Source of the DNA: a bacterium
GTDB taxonomy: Bacteria; Patescibacteriota; Minisyncoccia; Moranbacterales; DUUL01
Length of the DNA stretch: 64,000 bases
Direction of reading: 5' to 3'
Assembly: GCA_018675685.1 (NCBI GenBank)
Contig: JABGXP010000014.1
Span: forward strand, 17,288-81,287
Shown: piece by piece, positions 37,636 to 47,767 of the stretch
Layout: the number at the start of each line of letters is the position of its first letter
Position numbering within the stretch: position 1 is the stretch's first letter
Notes under the pieces: model-generated
The model's database searches: none
The model's input: the letters and a program-made list of their open reading frames with translations, nothing else
Told to the model about the DNA's origin: nothing
Position numbers and translations under genes: made by a program

Positions 37636-38277
37636 ATGAAGAAAAGAAATGCAATTATCGCAATTGCAACTTTCGCATTGTTCGGTGGTACTTTATTAGC
37701 TCAAGCTGCAATGTTGACGTCAGAAGAACGAGAAGCCTTAAGGGTAGAGAGAACTGAATTGAGAGACGGCATGAAAGAAAATAGAGCTGAGCTGAAAGAA
37801 GACCGAAAAGAAAACCGAGAACAAATAAAAGAGGAAAAAAAGGAAAAAAGATGCGAAAGAATTGAGAATAGAATTCAAACTAGAATCAAGCGTTACGAAA
37901 ACAAACAAGAACAACACAAGAATGTTTTTGGGAAATTAGTGACACGAGCCAATGGAGTGGTAATAAAACTAAAAGCAAGAGGTCTTGATACTTCAGATTT
38001 GGAAAGTGATCTAACGACATTAAAAGCTAAGGTGCAAGAATTGGAAGAAGAGCACAAAAATTTCATTGAAGGTTTGGATGCGACTGAGACAGTCGCTTGT
38101 GGTGGGTCAAATGGAGAATTCAAAGAAAAATTGGGCGAAGCACGCAAGATGTCTTCCGAAGTGCACACAAAACTACAAGCCGTAAGGGACTATTACAAAA
38201 CAACAATAAGAGCTGATATCTTGGAGTTGCGGAAACAACTCAACAAAGAAGCCAATGAAGATCAAGAAGTGGAATAA
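37636..38277 (+). CDS. Secreted helical/coiled-coil protein
   Basis: Signal peptide (AQA), E/K/R-rich heptads, one Cys pair. Confidence 0.7.
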   Translation: MKKRNAIIAIATFALFGGTLLAQAAMLTSEEREALRVERTELRDGMKENRAELKEDRKENREQIKEEKKEKRCERIENRIQTRIKRYENKQEQHKNVFGKLVTRANGVVIKLKARGLDTSDLESDLTTLKAKVQELEEEHKNFIEGLDATETVACGGSNGEFKEKLGEARKMSSEVHTKLQAVRDYYKTTIRADILELRKQLNKEANEDQEVE

Positions 38278-38321
38278 TGTCCCAGATCAATTTAAGTAGT
38301 TTTAATATTTTTTATAAAAAA

Positions 38322-38648
38322 ATGCTAAAAAGGAATAAAAAAAATGCGTTGATATTGGCCTTCTTTGTCTTACCTTTTGTACTCTCTGCTTGTGGAAATA
38401 CAAAGAAAAAAACAGACGTAAGCACACAAAGCCAAACAAAAAATGGTGCTGAAATGGTCAATGAGCAAAGTGAAACAAGGGAGCAGCTAGTTCCAAGTGA
38501 TAAAATGGAATTTTCTGATCCTGGTGATGATGAAATTGGTAAAGAGATTAAAGAAATGGATGATCTTTTGAACCAAACAACTCCTAGCGAGTATAGCGAG
38601 GATGACTTAACGGACGCTGTTATCGAAAATGATGTCGAGTTGAAATAA
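38322..38648 (+). CDS. Putative lipoprotein
   Basis: Lipobox LSAC after hydrophobic stretch; acidic C-terminus. Confidence 0.65.
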   Translation: MLKRNKKNALILAFFVLPFVLSACGNTKKKTDVSTQSQTKNGAEMVNEQSETREQLVPSDKMEFSDPGDDEIGKEIKEMDDLLNQTTPSEYSEDDLTDAVIENDVELK

Positions 38649-38680
38649 AAAGCTCTTAAAGACGCAGAAAATTATTTGTT

Positions 38681-38714
38681 AAAAAAGACCTCGCACAGAG
38701 CAAGGTCTTTTTTT
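38681..38714 (+). terminator. Rho-independent terminator
   Basis: AAAAAAGACCT.GC-acaga-GC.AGGTCTTTTTT. Confidence 0.8.
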
Positions 38715-38780
38715 GTGTGGATAAATAAAGTATACTAAGGTTAAATTGAAATAAACTGTTTGAATATTAAAATAAAAAAT

Positions 38781-40718
38781 ATGTTAAAATTTTTTGTAAA
38801 AGTTTTTTGTATAAGCATTCTAAGTATCGGAAGTTTTTTTGTGTTCTTGCAAAAAGCACAAGCAATTGAAAATCGAGGTGCTTTTGTAATTACAAATTTC
38901 GATGTGGGAATTTTTGTTAAAGAAGATACTACAATCGAAGTGGAAGAAATTATCGATGTTAACTTCTCCCAAAAAAGACATGGGATTTATCGAAAGATTC
39001 CTGTTCGATATAAGGATGATAATGGTTTTAAATACAACATGAAATTAAGAGACGTCTCCGTGACAAATAGAAGAGGCGAGCATCTTGATTTCAAACAATA
39101 TAATGAGGGGAGTGAAGTTGTCTTGCAGATCGGTGATGCCGACGTAGAGATTTTTGGAGATGTGCAGTATGTGATCAGTTATACAATTCAAAGAGGCATG
39201 CGCTTTTTTGATGATCATGATGAAATTTATTGGAACCCAATTGGAGTGGGTTGGCCCACAAAAATCTACAATGCCTCCAGTACTGTTTATTTCGAGGAGA
39301 GAATTAATTCGCTTGAAGAAAATAGCCTTTGTTTTACTGGAGGTTTTGGATCGCTGAAACAGGATTGCACAATAAGTGCTATATCTTCAAGTGAAATTGA
39401 GTTTAATGCAAGTGGAGTATTAAATGAATATGAAGGACTAACAATTGCTGTTAATCTTCCGAAGGGCTTGGTTGAGCAGCCGACAAAAAAAGATTATTTT
39501 TTTATGTTTCTATTAGACAACTGGGCTTTTGCAATTCCAATATTAGCTTTTTTTGGGATGTTTTATTTGTGGCATTTTCGTGGTAAAGAACTGGACTTGG
39601 GGAGAGCAGTAGTGACTCAATATAGCCCCCCCGATAATCTGACTCCTGGAGAAGTGGGATATTTAATAAAAGAGCGATATTCCCATAAGTTCGTTGCTGC
39701 TGATATTGTGAATCTGGCAGTAAAGGGATACTTAGAGATTCGTGAGATTGAAATAGAAGGACTCCAAATATTAAAGAGCTTGAATAATCTTTCGAGCAAA
39801 GTTATTGGGAGGATAAGGCCTATTGTTATTATGGTTTTGATGGGGATAGCGGTCTCCTTTGCAGTACCCCTCGCAGCAGAAGGCACTTCAGTTTTTTCGA
39901 TTATCTTTTCGATCGCATTTTTTGGGATATTTATTTCTATTCTTTTGGGTAAAAATAAAAAACTATTTAAAAATAATACTGTGGGAAAAATGTGCGATTA
40001 TGAATTAGAGAATAAAAAGGATTGGACAAATACTAAAGAATTAACATTGCACGAAAAAAGATTATTGAAAGGTTTATTTGCAAGTAAGATTCTTGGTAAG
40101 GTTAAGCTTTCTGATAAAAAGAAGTTCTATACACATGTTGGAATCGCCACTAAGAAAATCGATGAACAAATTAAAACAAGAGAGTATTTTGAAAAATCGA
40201 CAATCAACAGTAAGGTCCTATACGTAGTATCGGGAGTTTTAGCTGGTTTTGTAATGTTCGTTATTGGAAGTATCACACAGAGATTGGATTTTTTTCTTAG
40301 TGCAATTGCAACAGCAACAGTTCTGATTAGTTTTGGACTTTTAATGTCAAAGAAGACGAAGAAAGGCATCAAGTCATATTGGAATGCGAAGGGGTATGAA
40401 CATTATATTGATGTTGCTGAGCGATATCGAGCAAAGTTCAACGAAGAAGAGAATATTTTCGAGAAAAATCTACCATTCGCAATGGTCTTTGGAAATGTTG
40501 ATAAATGGGCAAAAGCATTTGAGGGAATAACCAAAGAGTCTCCAAGTTGGTATCATTCAAGAACTCCAATTTCATCTTTTAGAGCAGTATCTTTCGCGAA
40601 TTCTTTGAACGATGGTTTTGCATCAGCTGCAAATTCAGCATCAACTTCTCCTAGTTCCTCTTCTTCAGGTGGATCTTCAGGAGGCGGAGGAGGCGGAGGA
40701 GGCGGAGGAAGTTGGTAG
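38781..40718 (+). CDS. DUF2207-domain membrane protein
   Basis: HGIYRKIP, EIYWN..G..W, PPD.LTPGE, LAVKGYL, LPFAMVFG, Ser/Gly-rich GGGGGSW C-terminus. Confidence 0.9.
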   Translation: MLKFFVKVFCISILSIGSFFVFLQKAQAIENRGAFVITNFDVGIFVKEDTTIEVEEIIDVNFSQKRHGIYRKIPVRYKDDNGFKYNMKLRDVSVTNRRGEHLDFKQYNEGSEVVLQIGDADVEIFGDVQYVISYTIQRGMRFFDDHDEIYWNPIGVGWPTKIYNASSTVYFEERINSLEENSLCFTGGFGSLKQDCTISAISSSEIEFNASGVLNEYEGLTIAVNLPKGLVEQPTKKDYFFMFLLDNWAFAIPILAFFGMFYLWHFRGKELDLGRAVVTQYSPPDNLTPGEVGYLIKERYSHKFVAADIVNLAVKGYLEIREIEIEGLQILKSLNNLSSKVIGRIRPIVIMVLMGIAVSFAVPLAAEGTSVFSIIFSIAFFGIFISILLGKNKKLFKNNTVGKMCDYELENKKDWTNTKELTLHEKRLLKGLFASKILGKVKLSDKKKFYTHVGIATKKIDEQIKTREYFEKSTINSKVLYVVSGVLAGFVMFVIGSITQRLDFFLSAIATATVLISFGLLMSKKTKKGIKSYWNAKGYEHYIDVAERYRAKFNEEENIFEKNLPFAMVFGNVDKWAKAFEGITKESPSWYHSRTPISSFRAVSFANSLNDGFASAANSASTSPSSSSSGGSSGGGGGGGGGGSW

Positions 40719-40854
40719 TTGATTCAAGCTTCTGTAGTCAAATTGCTAAAACGCAAACTTTTTTTGTTACTCTCGTAAGTAATAGATGGGAGTATGATTC
40801 GTGAAAAAGTAACTGTGTTACTATATTTTCTTTTTTAAAAAATAAATTAAATCG

Positions 40855-42096
40855 ATGAGTCAGGTGAAAGAGATTGGAATGTGGTTGTGGGGAAACAAGA
40901 TTAAAGCATTACTACTACTGGTGCTTGTTGCGGGTAGCTTTTATTATTGGCAACAAAAGCAGAAAACTGCAGAATCCCTAGCGAACAATAAGATCAAGAA
41001 AGCCGTTGTTCAAAAAAGAGACATTGAAGTATTAGTTTCTGGTAGTGGACAAGTGCAACCAGCGAGTCAGGTTGATTTGCGACCCCAAGTGGCTGGTGAT
41101 GGTACCGATGTTACCTCTGTTGAGGTTGAAAATGATCAAGAGGTGAAAGAGGATGATATTATCGCAATACTAGACACGGAGGAGGCTTCGGAGTCAATAA
41201 GAGACGTGAACCTGGAACTGGAATCTTTGCAAATCAGAAAAAAGCAAATCGAAGATGAAAATTATCGAAAAACAACAGAGGACACAAGAATAAGACAGAT
41301 CCAAGAGATTGAAATGCGACAAAAATTGAATAAATTAGCAGATGCAAGAAAAAATCTTCAAGATTATTATATCAAAGCTCCATTCGACGGGATTGTGACT
41401 GGGCTTGATTTTGAATCTGGTGACTCTGTGTCTAGGGATGAGATTCTGGCCTCGGTTATTACTAAAGAAATGGTTGCCAAGATTTCGTTAAATGAGATTG
41501 ACGCTGTAAAGGTGCTAAAAGGTGCTAAGGCAAAATTAACTTTTAGTGCCCTAGAAGGAGTTGAAGCTAGTGGAAGTGTTGCCAAGATGGATACAATTGG
41601 AGAAGTGAGTCAAGGAGTGGTTTCGTATAATGCGGAAATTTCTTTTGATGCCAGTAATGTTTTAGGGCTAAAACCTGGGATGAGCGTAGAAGTCGAGATT
41701 ATAATTGCTGATAAACGAGATGTGCTAACTGTTCCTGTTTCAGCGGTCCAATCGAATCCAAGAGGTAAAAATTTTGTGATGGTTATTTCGGAGGATTTTT
41801 CTTTAGAGAATATGTTCGATGATACGAATTCCGTAGACAAGAATAATAAGAGTGGCGATGAAAAAACTAAAGGAGCTAGAATGCCAGAGGGTGTAAAGCG
41901 AGTTTTAGTTGAAGTTGGTATTTCAGATGATGTGATGATTGAAATTTCAGGTGAAATTTCCTCAGGAGAAATTGTTTTAACACAAACACTTCAATCGTTA
42001 ATGAGCAATATTAATTTAAAGGAAGGAGAAACTGAGAGTTCGAGTAAGAGTTTGATTCCAATGGGAAAAGGAATGGGTGGCGGAAAACGAAAATAG
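40855..42096 (+). CDS. MacA-like membrane fusion/adaptor protein
   Basis: N-terminal TM, SGSGQV, IKAPFDGIV, LKPGMS, VPVSAV, VEVG.SD. Confidence 0.9.
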   Translation: MSQVKEIGMWLWGNKIKALLLLVLVAGSFYYWQQKQKTAESLANNKIKKAVVQKRDIEVLVSGSGQVQPASQVDLRPQVAGDGTDVTSVEVENDQEVKEDDIIAILDTEEASESIRDVNLELESLQIRKKQIEDENYRKTTEDTRIRQIQEIEMRQKLNKLADARKNLQDYYIKAPFDGIVTGLDFESGDSVSRDEILASVITKEMVAKISLNEIDAVKVLKGAKAKLTFSALEGVEASGSVAKMDTIGEVSQGVVSYNAEISFDASNVLGLKPGMSVEVEIIIADKRDVLTVPVSAVQSNPRGKNFVMVISEDFSLENMFDDTNSVDKNNKSGDEKTKGARMPEGVKRVLVEVGISDDVMIEISGEISSGEIVLTQTLQSLMSNINLKEGETESSSKSLIPMGKGMGGGKRK

Positions 42097-42126
42097 TTTT
42101 AGTGTTTTATTAAATAACTCAAAGAA

Positions 42127-42813
42127 ATGATAGAGTGTAAAAATTTAGTTAAAATATATAAAAATGGTGAGAACAGGACTTGGGCGTTGAAAGGAATTTC
42201 TTTTAAGATTGAAAAAGGTGAATTCGTTGCGATTATGGGTCCGTCTGGAAGCGGAAAATCGACACTGATGCACATCATCGGAGCACTCGACAATCCTACA
42301 AAAGGAGAATATATGTTGGAAGGAAGAGATGTTGCCAAGCTCTCGGATGATCGTTTAGCTGAAATTCGAAATAATAAAATTGGTTTTGTATTTCAATCTT
42401 TTAATTTACTTTCCAGAGCTACAGTAATAAGAAATGTAATGTTGCCACTTTTGTATAATAAAGTTAAAAAAAGCCAGCGAACAAAGAGGGTAGAAGAAGC
42501 CTTGAACGCTGTGAATTTAGATCCTAATCGCTGGGATCATCTTTCAAACCAGCTTTCTGGTGGACAAATCCAAAGAGTCGCAATTGCGCGAGCACTAGTA
42601 AATCAGCCATCTTTAATTTTAGCAGATGAGCCAACTGGAAATTTAGATACAAAAACAGGTGCAATGGTGATGAACACATTTAAGAAATTAAACAGAAGGA
42701 AGGGTCACACAATTATTCTTATTACCCACGAGAAAGAGGTAGCGGAACATGCTGACAGGATTATTCATATTCGAGATGGAGGGATTGAAAAAGATGAGAT
42801 TATTAGAAAATAA
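42127..42813 (+). CDS. ABC transporter ATP-binding protein (LolD/MacB type)
   Basis: GPSGSGKS, IGFVFQ, LSGGQ, LADEPTGNLD, ITH. Confidence 0.96.
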   Translation: MIECKNLVKIYKNGENRTWALKGISFKIEKGEFVAIMGPSGSGKSTLMHIIGALDNPTKGEYMLEGRDVAKLSDDRLAEIRNNKIGFVFQSFNLLSRATVIRNVMLPLLYNKVKKSQRTKRVEEALNAVNLDPNRWDHLSNQLSGGQIQRVAIARALVNQPSLILADEPTGNLDTKTGAMVMNTFKKLNRRKGHTIILITHEKEVAEHADRIIHIRDGGIEKDEIIRK

Positions 42814-42829
42814 GCACTAAAAAGGAAAA

Positions 42830-44053
42830 ATGAAGTTTGCAGATTTAATTTATGAAACTTTTACTTCAATCACAACCAATAAGGTCCGTTCAAGTTTAAC
42901 AATCCTAGGGATTGTGATTGGAATTGCCTCCGTGATTGTAATGATTGCAATCGGAAAAGGAGCTCAAAGTAGCATCGAGACCGAGATTGAGAAAATTGGC
43001 TCGAATCTTTTAATGATTAGACCAGGAGCACAAAGAGGTCCAGGACAACATGTAAGTCAAGGGCAGGGGTCTTCTCAATCCTTAAAAATGATAGACGTGG
43101 AGTTGATAGAAGCAAATATTGAAGCTGCTAAGGCTGTAGCCCCTGTTGTCACGGAGAAATATCAAATCATTGCAGCTGGTGAAAATACAAAAACTTCTAC
43201 CACAGGAACAACACCAAATTATACTGAAATTAAGAGCATTGCAATCGAAGAAGGGACTTTTTTTACTGACAAGCAAGTGGCGAAAATTTCAAAAGTTGCT
43301 GTTTTGGGTCCCGACACAGCCGTGGATCTTTTCGGTGAGGGTGTTTCCGCTGTTGGAAAAAAAATAACAATCAATGGTGTTATTTTCACAGTGCTTGGAA
43401 CAACTGTTTCTAAGGGAGGTTCTGGCTTTGGAAGTCAAGACGATGTTATTTATATACCAATAACAACTGCTCAGCAATATTTAGTTGGCAACGATTATCT
43501 TTCAACGATTGAAATCAAGGTTAATTCGCAAGAGGAGATGACTGGAGCTGAGAGTGAAATTGAAGTTTTATTGCTCGCAAAGCATGGCTTTGATGATATC
43601 GAAGATGCTGATTTTAGTATCATGAATCAAGCAGATATTATCGAAACAGCATCATCTATAACTGGTACACTGACAATTTTACTGGGTGCTGTTGCTGGAA
43701 TTTCACTTGTGGTAGGTGGAATCGGAATTATGAACATGATGCTAACAACAGTGACTGAGAGAACTCGCGAAATTGGACTTCGAAAGGCAATTGGTGCAAA
43801 GGCTGATGATGTTACGAAGCAGTTTCTTTATGAATCAATTGCATTGACTTTTTTTGGTGGGACAATCGGGATTGTTTTGGGATATGGAGTTGCTATTGGA
43901 ATTAAACAATTTACGGGACTAGAAACAGAGGTTTCTGGTTTTTCAGTTGCACTAGCTTTTGGAGTTTCGACCTTAATCGGGATTGTCTTCGGATATTATC
44001 CGGCTAAAAGAGCTGCAAAACTCAATGCTATCGAAGCTCTTAGGTATGAATAG
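42830..44053 (+). CDS. ABC transporter permease (MacB/FtsX type)
   Basis: RSSLTILGIVIGI, VGGIGIMN, ERTREIGLRKAIGA, YPA.RAA.L..IEALRYE. Confidence 0.95.
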   Translation: MKFADLIYETFTSITTNKVRSSLTILGIVIGIASVIVMIAIGKGAQSSIETEIEKIGSNLLMIRPGAQRGPGQHVSQGQGSSQSLKMIDVELIEANIEAAKAVAPVVTEKYQIIAAGENTKTSTTGTTPNYTEIKSIAIEEGTFFTDKQVAKISKVAVLGPDTAVDLFGEGVSAVGKKITINGVIFTVLGTTVSKGGSGFGSQDDVIYIPITTAQQYLVGNDYLSTIEIKVNSQEEMTGAESEIEVLLLAKHGFDDIEDADFSIMNQADIIETASSITGTLTILLGAVAGISLVVGGIGIMNMMLTTVTERTREIGLRKAIGAKADDVTKQFLYESIALTFFGGTIGIVLGYGVAIGIKQFTGLETEVSGFSVALAFGVSTLIGIVFGYYPAKRAAKLNAIEALRYE

Positions 44054-44122
44054 TTTCAATTTTAAGTTGGAGTAAATATAAAAAATCCCTTTGGGCTTCA
44101 TTAGTTGTTCCTAAGGGATTTT

Positions 44123-44431
44123 TTATATTTTAAATTTTTCTATTGCAAGATAGATTCTAGTCAACTCTTCTTCTACCTCAGGCGTTTCATAATCTGCGTT
44201 GTGTGCTGTTTGTCCAGCATGTCTTGTTTTTGCTTGATCTAGATGGAGGTCAAAGATTGTTTCATCGGAAGCTTCTTTAAGATAGAGATGAAAACGGGGA
44301 TAATGATGAGCGGTTAATTTTCGTACATAGCTAGTTTTGCCAGAGATCCTATCTTGAATTTTAAGATATCCGGAGCGACGAAGCATCATAGCTGGTGTTT
44401 GCGAGAATTTGTTAGGTAATCTAAATTTCAT
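44123..44431 (-). CDS. Conserved hypothetical protein
   Basis: LRRSGY, SYVR.L...YPRFHLY, LHLDQ, His-rich; ATG at 44431. Confidence 0.65.
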   Translation of the reverse strand: MKFRLPNKFSQTPAMMLRRSGYLKIQDRISGKTSYVRKLTAHHYPRFHLYLKEASDETIFDLHLDQAKTRHAGQTAHNADYETPEVEEELTRIYLAIEKFKI

Positions 44432-44504
44432 ACATTTAATTTGAGAAAGAAGTTTCAGCGTGTTAAAATAGGAATAGTTAATATAAAAGAATGTCAATTT
44501 TTTA

Positions 44505-45359
44505 ATGTCGAAAAGAGTTTCCAAAGAGATTAGTTTGATTGCACTAGCATTGCTGATTTTTACCGCGGTGAAATTTTTTGATATTCACATTAAGCAATTT
44601 GAAGAAGTCCACCCTTTTGAAATGGTCGAAACTGGCGTTGTTCATAATGAACTTATCGAAAACAAGGAGTTGGTTCAAGAGAATAGTTTCGATGGAACTG
44701 AGGATGATATTATCAGATTAACAAATGAATTTAGAAAAGAAAAGGGGTTAGATATTCTAATTAGGAACGAAAGTCTAATGGAATCCGCAAAACTTAAAGC
44801 AGAAGACATGAAAAGTCAGGAATATTTCGCTCACGTTTCTCCAGATGGGGTTGAACTTTGGAACCTTGTTCAGCAAGTAGGCTATAGTTACTCGGTTATC
44901 GCTGAAAATATCGCTGAAGGATATTTTTCAGCCGAAAGCGTGGTTGATGCCTGGATGGATAGTGAAGGGCACAGAAAGAATATACTGTCGGTTGAACTTG
45001 AAGAAATAGGAGTTTCAGTGTTAGAGATTAAGAACAAGGAAGAGAGAAAGAGTTATGTTTTAGTTCAACATTTTGCGGCTCCTCAGAAAGAGCTTGATAG
45101 AAAACAAAGCATAGAAGTTGTTTGTGACCAAAAAGTGAAGAAGAATTGTAAGAAGATTGAAAAGAAAAAAGAAGAATATCGGGAATTAGTCAAAGAACAA
45201 GATAAAATAATCGACAAGGCTGAGAAGGAAGGTTTCTCTAAAAAAGATCTAATTGATTTATATGACAATCTAAAGGATTTAAAGGAGATCAGAGATCAGT
45301 ATAAAGAATTTTCTGATGGATGTGAGACATATATCAATAAATGTGATCGATGGGAATAG
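44505..45359 (+). CDS. CAP/SCP-domain protein
   Basis: LTNEFR, A..KA.DM...YFAHVSP, AENIA, WMDSEGHRKNIL; N-terminal TM; coiled C-terminus. Confidence 0.92.
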   Translation: MSKRVSKEISLIALALLIFTAVKFFDIHIKQFEEVHPFEMVETGVVHNELIENKELVQENSFDGTEDDIIRLTNEFRKEKGLDILIRNESLMESAKLKAEDMKSQEYFAHVSPDGVELWNLVQQVGYSYSVIAENIAEGYFSAESVVDAWMDSEGHRKNILSVELEEIGVSVLEIKNKEERKSYVLVQHFAAPQKELDRKQSIEVVCDQKVKKNCKKIEKKKEEYRELVKEQDKIIDKAEKEGFSKKDLIDLYDNLKDLKEIRDQYKEFSDGCETYINKCDRWE

Positions 45360-45440
45360 TTTGGTTTGTAAAAAGTTGATAAATTAAGTATACTTAAAGA
45401 AGTTTAAGGGGCAAGATAATTCAAAATAATACTCAAAGGA

Positions 45441-45809
45441 GTGATAAAAAAAATATTAATCGTCGAGGACGATCCAATGTTAGTTGAAATTTACAGTAAA
45501 AAGTTCATAAGTGATGGATTTGATACTGACACAGCTATTAGTGGGGCAGAGGCTGAAAAAAAGATCTTGGCTGGCAAATTTGATCTTGTTTTACTCGATC
45601 TTGTTTTACCAGAAGCAGATGGCTTCGAAGTATTGAAGAAGATTAAAGAAGACCCAGCGGTTCGTGATACGAAAGTTGTTGTTTTTTCAAACCTTTCTCA
45701 ACAAGAAGACAAAGAAAAGGCTGCATTACTTGGAGCGGATGATTTTTTGACAAAATCTGATTACACCCCAGGGGAAATTGTAGAGCATGTAAAAGAAATG
45801 TTGAAGTAG
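45441..45809 (+). CDS. Single-domain response regulator
   Basis: ILIVEDD, LLDLVLP..DG, SN, GA.DFL.K; GTG start with AGGA SD. Confidence 0.92.
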   Translation: MIKKILIVEDDPMLVEIYSKKFISDGFDTDTAISGAEAEKKILAGKFDLVLLDLVLPEADGFEVLKKIKEDPAVRDTKVVVFSNLSQQEDKEKAALLGADDFLTKSDYTPGEIVEHVKEMLK

Positions 45810-45946
45810 GTTCGGATAAAGAACCTTGCTATTAAGAATAGAATTAGCTATTGTGATAAGATTCAAAGGCTTTTTGAGCTGGTTGGACGTTGAGTGTCTT
45901 ATATTCAATACTAGAAAAATTAGAAAAATTAAGAAATTATAAAAAT

Positions 45947-47737
45947 ATGTTAAGGACACACACTTGTGGACAATTGAGGGAATCTGAAATTGGTGAAAAA
46001 GTTATTTTGACTGGGTGGGTGCATAGAAGAAGGGATCACGGAGGCGTGATTTTTATTGACTTGCGAGATCGATATGGCCTAACTCAAATTAAATTTGACC
46101 CAGCAATCAATAAAGAAGCACATACAAAAGCAGATAAATTAAGGAGTGAATGGGTTGTAAAAGTAGAGGGAATAGTTTCTGCTAGGCCAGATGATATGTT
46201 GAATGAGAAATTGAAAACGGGAAAATTAGAAATTGAAATTTCTAATTTAGAAGTCTTGAATACATCCAAGACCCCGCCATTTGAATTAATTGAAGAAAGA
46301 AACGTTGAAGCAAATGAAAGTCTCCGTTTGAAGTATCGTTTTATTGATCTTAGAAGACCTAAGCTCCAAGAAATGCTAAGGGTTCGCGATGAAATTATTC
46401 GGCACATGAGAGAATATTTTCATGCAAGAGATTTCAGGGAAGTCCAAACACCAATTCTTGCAAGTTCTTCACCGGAAGGCGCAAGAGATTGGCTTGTTCC
46501 TTCAAGGATTTATCCGGGTAAGTTTTATGCATTACCTCAAGCTCCTCAACAATTCAAACAACTGTTAATGGTCGGTGGTGTTGATCGATATTTTCAAATT
46601 GCTCCGTGTTTTAGGGATGAAGACCCTCGAATGGATCGTCACTTTGGGGAGTTTTATCAACTTGATATGGAAATGAGTTTTGTGGAGCAAGATGATATTT
46701 TTCAAACAATGGAACCATTGATGATCGAATTAACAAAAAAGTTTTCAAGAAAAGAAATTATCAACCTACAGGAGAATGGGAGGTTCCAACAAATACCTTG
46801 GAGGGAGGCAATGACGAAATATGGTAGTGATAAACCAGACTTAAGATTTGATTTTGAAATCCAACCAATATCTGAGCTCGTGAAAGATTGCGGATTTGGA
46901 GTATTCGCGAATGTTATTGAGGCACAGGGAGTTGTTCATGCAATGAAGATTGATAGCGGGGGAGAAAAATTTTCCAGAAAGGACATTGATGAATTGACTG
47001 AGTTAGCTCAGAGCAAGGGTGCAAAGGGATTAGCGTATATTGTCGTAAAGGAGGGCGGAAAACTACAGTCCCCAATAGTTAAATTCTTAGGAGACGTTAT
47101 TTGCAAGAAAATAATCAATAAACTGGAAGCAAAAGATGGTGATATTATTTTCTTTGGAGCAGATAAATGGAGAACTGTCTGCGAAAGTCTCGGGATTGTT
47201 CGGAATGAATGTGGCGTAAGACTTGGTTTGAAAGATTCTAATAAAGCCGCGTGGCTTTGGGTTACTGATTTTCCAATGTATGATTATTCTGAAATCGAAG
47301 AAGGTAAGATTGATTTTGCACACAATCCATTCTCAATGCCGCAAGGCGGAATGAAAACTTTAGAAGAAAAAGACCCTTTTGAAATTGTTGCATATCAATT
47401 TGATTTTGTTTTAAATGGTTTTGAGCTTACAAGTGGGGCAATCCGAAACCACAAGCCTGAAATTATGTATAAAGCATTTAGCATCGCTGGATATTCAAAA
47501 GAGGAAGTTGACGCAAAATTCGGGCATATGATTAGAGCATTTGAATTTGGTGCACCACCACACGGAGGTAATGCGCCTGGGATCGACCGTTTGATAATGG
47601 TGTTGAATGATTGGAGCTCAATTCGTGATATCTATGCTTTTCCGAAGGATGGGCAAGGTAGAGATGTGATGTTGGATGCTCCAAGCGAAGTCGAAAAGAA
47701 GCAACTCGATGAATTGCATATCCAAATAAAGAAATAG
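45947..47737 (+). CDS. aspS: Aspartate--tRNA ligase (probably non-discriminating)
   Basis: RTHTCG, HRRRDHGG, LPQAPQQFKQLLM, CFRDED, YGSDKPD, GAPPHGG; ATG at 45947. Confidence 0.97.
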   Translation: MLRTHTCGQLRESEIGEKVILTGWVHRRRDHGGVIFIDLRDRYGLTQIKFDPAINKEAHTKADKLRSEWVVKVEGIVSARPDDMLNEKLKTGKLEIEISNLEVLNTSKTPPFELIEERNVEANESLRLKYRFIDLRRPKLQEMLRVRDEIIRHMREYFHARDFREVQTPILASSSPEGARDWLVPSRIYPGKFYALPQAPQQFKQLLMVGGVDRYFQIAPCFRDEDPRMDRHFGEFYQLDMEMSFVEQDDIFQTMEPLMIELTKKFSRKEIINLQENGRFQQIPWREAMTKYGSDKPDLRFDFEIQPISELVKDCGFGVFANVIEAQGVVHAMKIDSGGEKFSRKDIDELTELAQSKGAKGLAYIVVKEGGKLQSPIVKFLGDVICKKIINKLEAKDGDIIFFGADKWRTVCESLGIVRNECGVRLGLKDSNKAAWLWVTDFPMYDYSEIEEGKIDFAHNPFSMPQGGMKTLEEKDPFEIVAYQFDFVLNGFELTSGAIRNHKPEIMYKAFSIAGYSKEEVDAKFGHMIRAFEFGAPPHGGNAPGIDRLIMVLNDWSSIRDIYAFPKDGQGRDVMLDAPSEVEKKQLDELHIQIKK

Positions 47738-47767
47738 ACACAATACGAACTTTATTAGAAAAATAAA

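Noticed and set aside
40678-40712. GGAGGCGGA repeats at the end of the DUF2207 gene
   Set aside because: They encode the family-typical poly-Gly tail.
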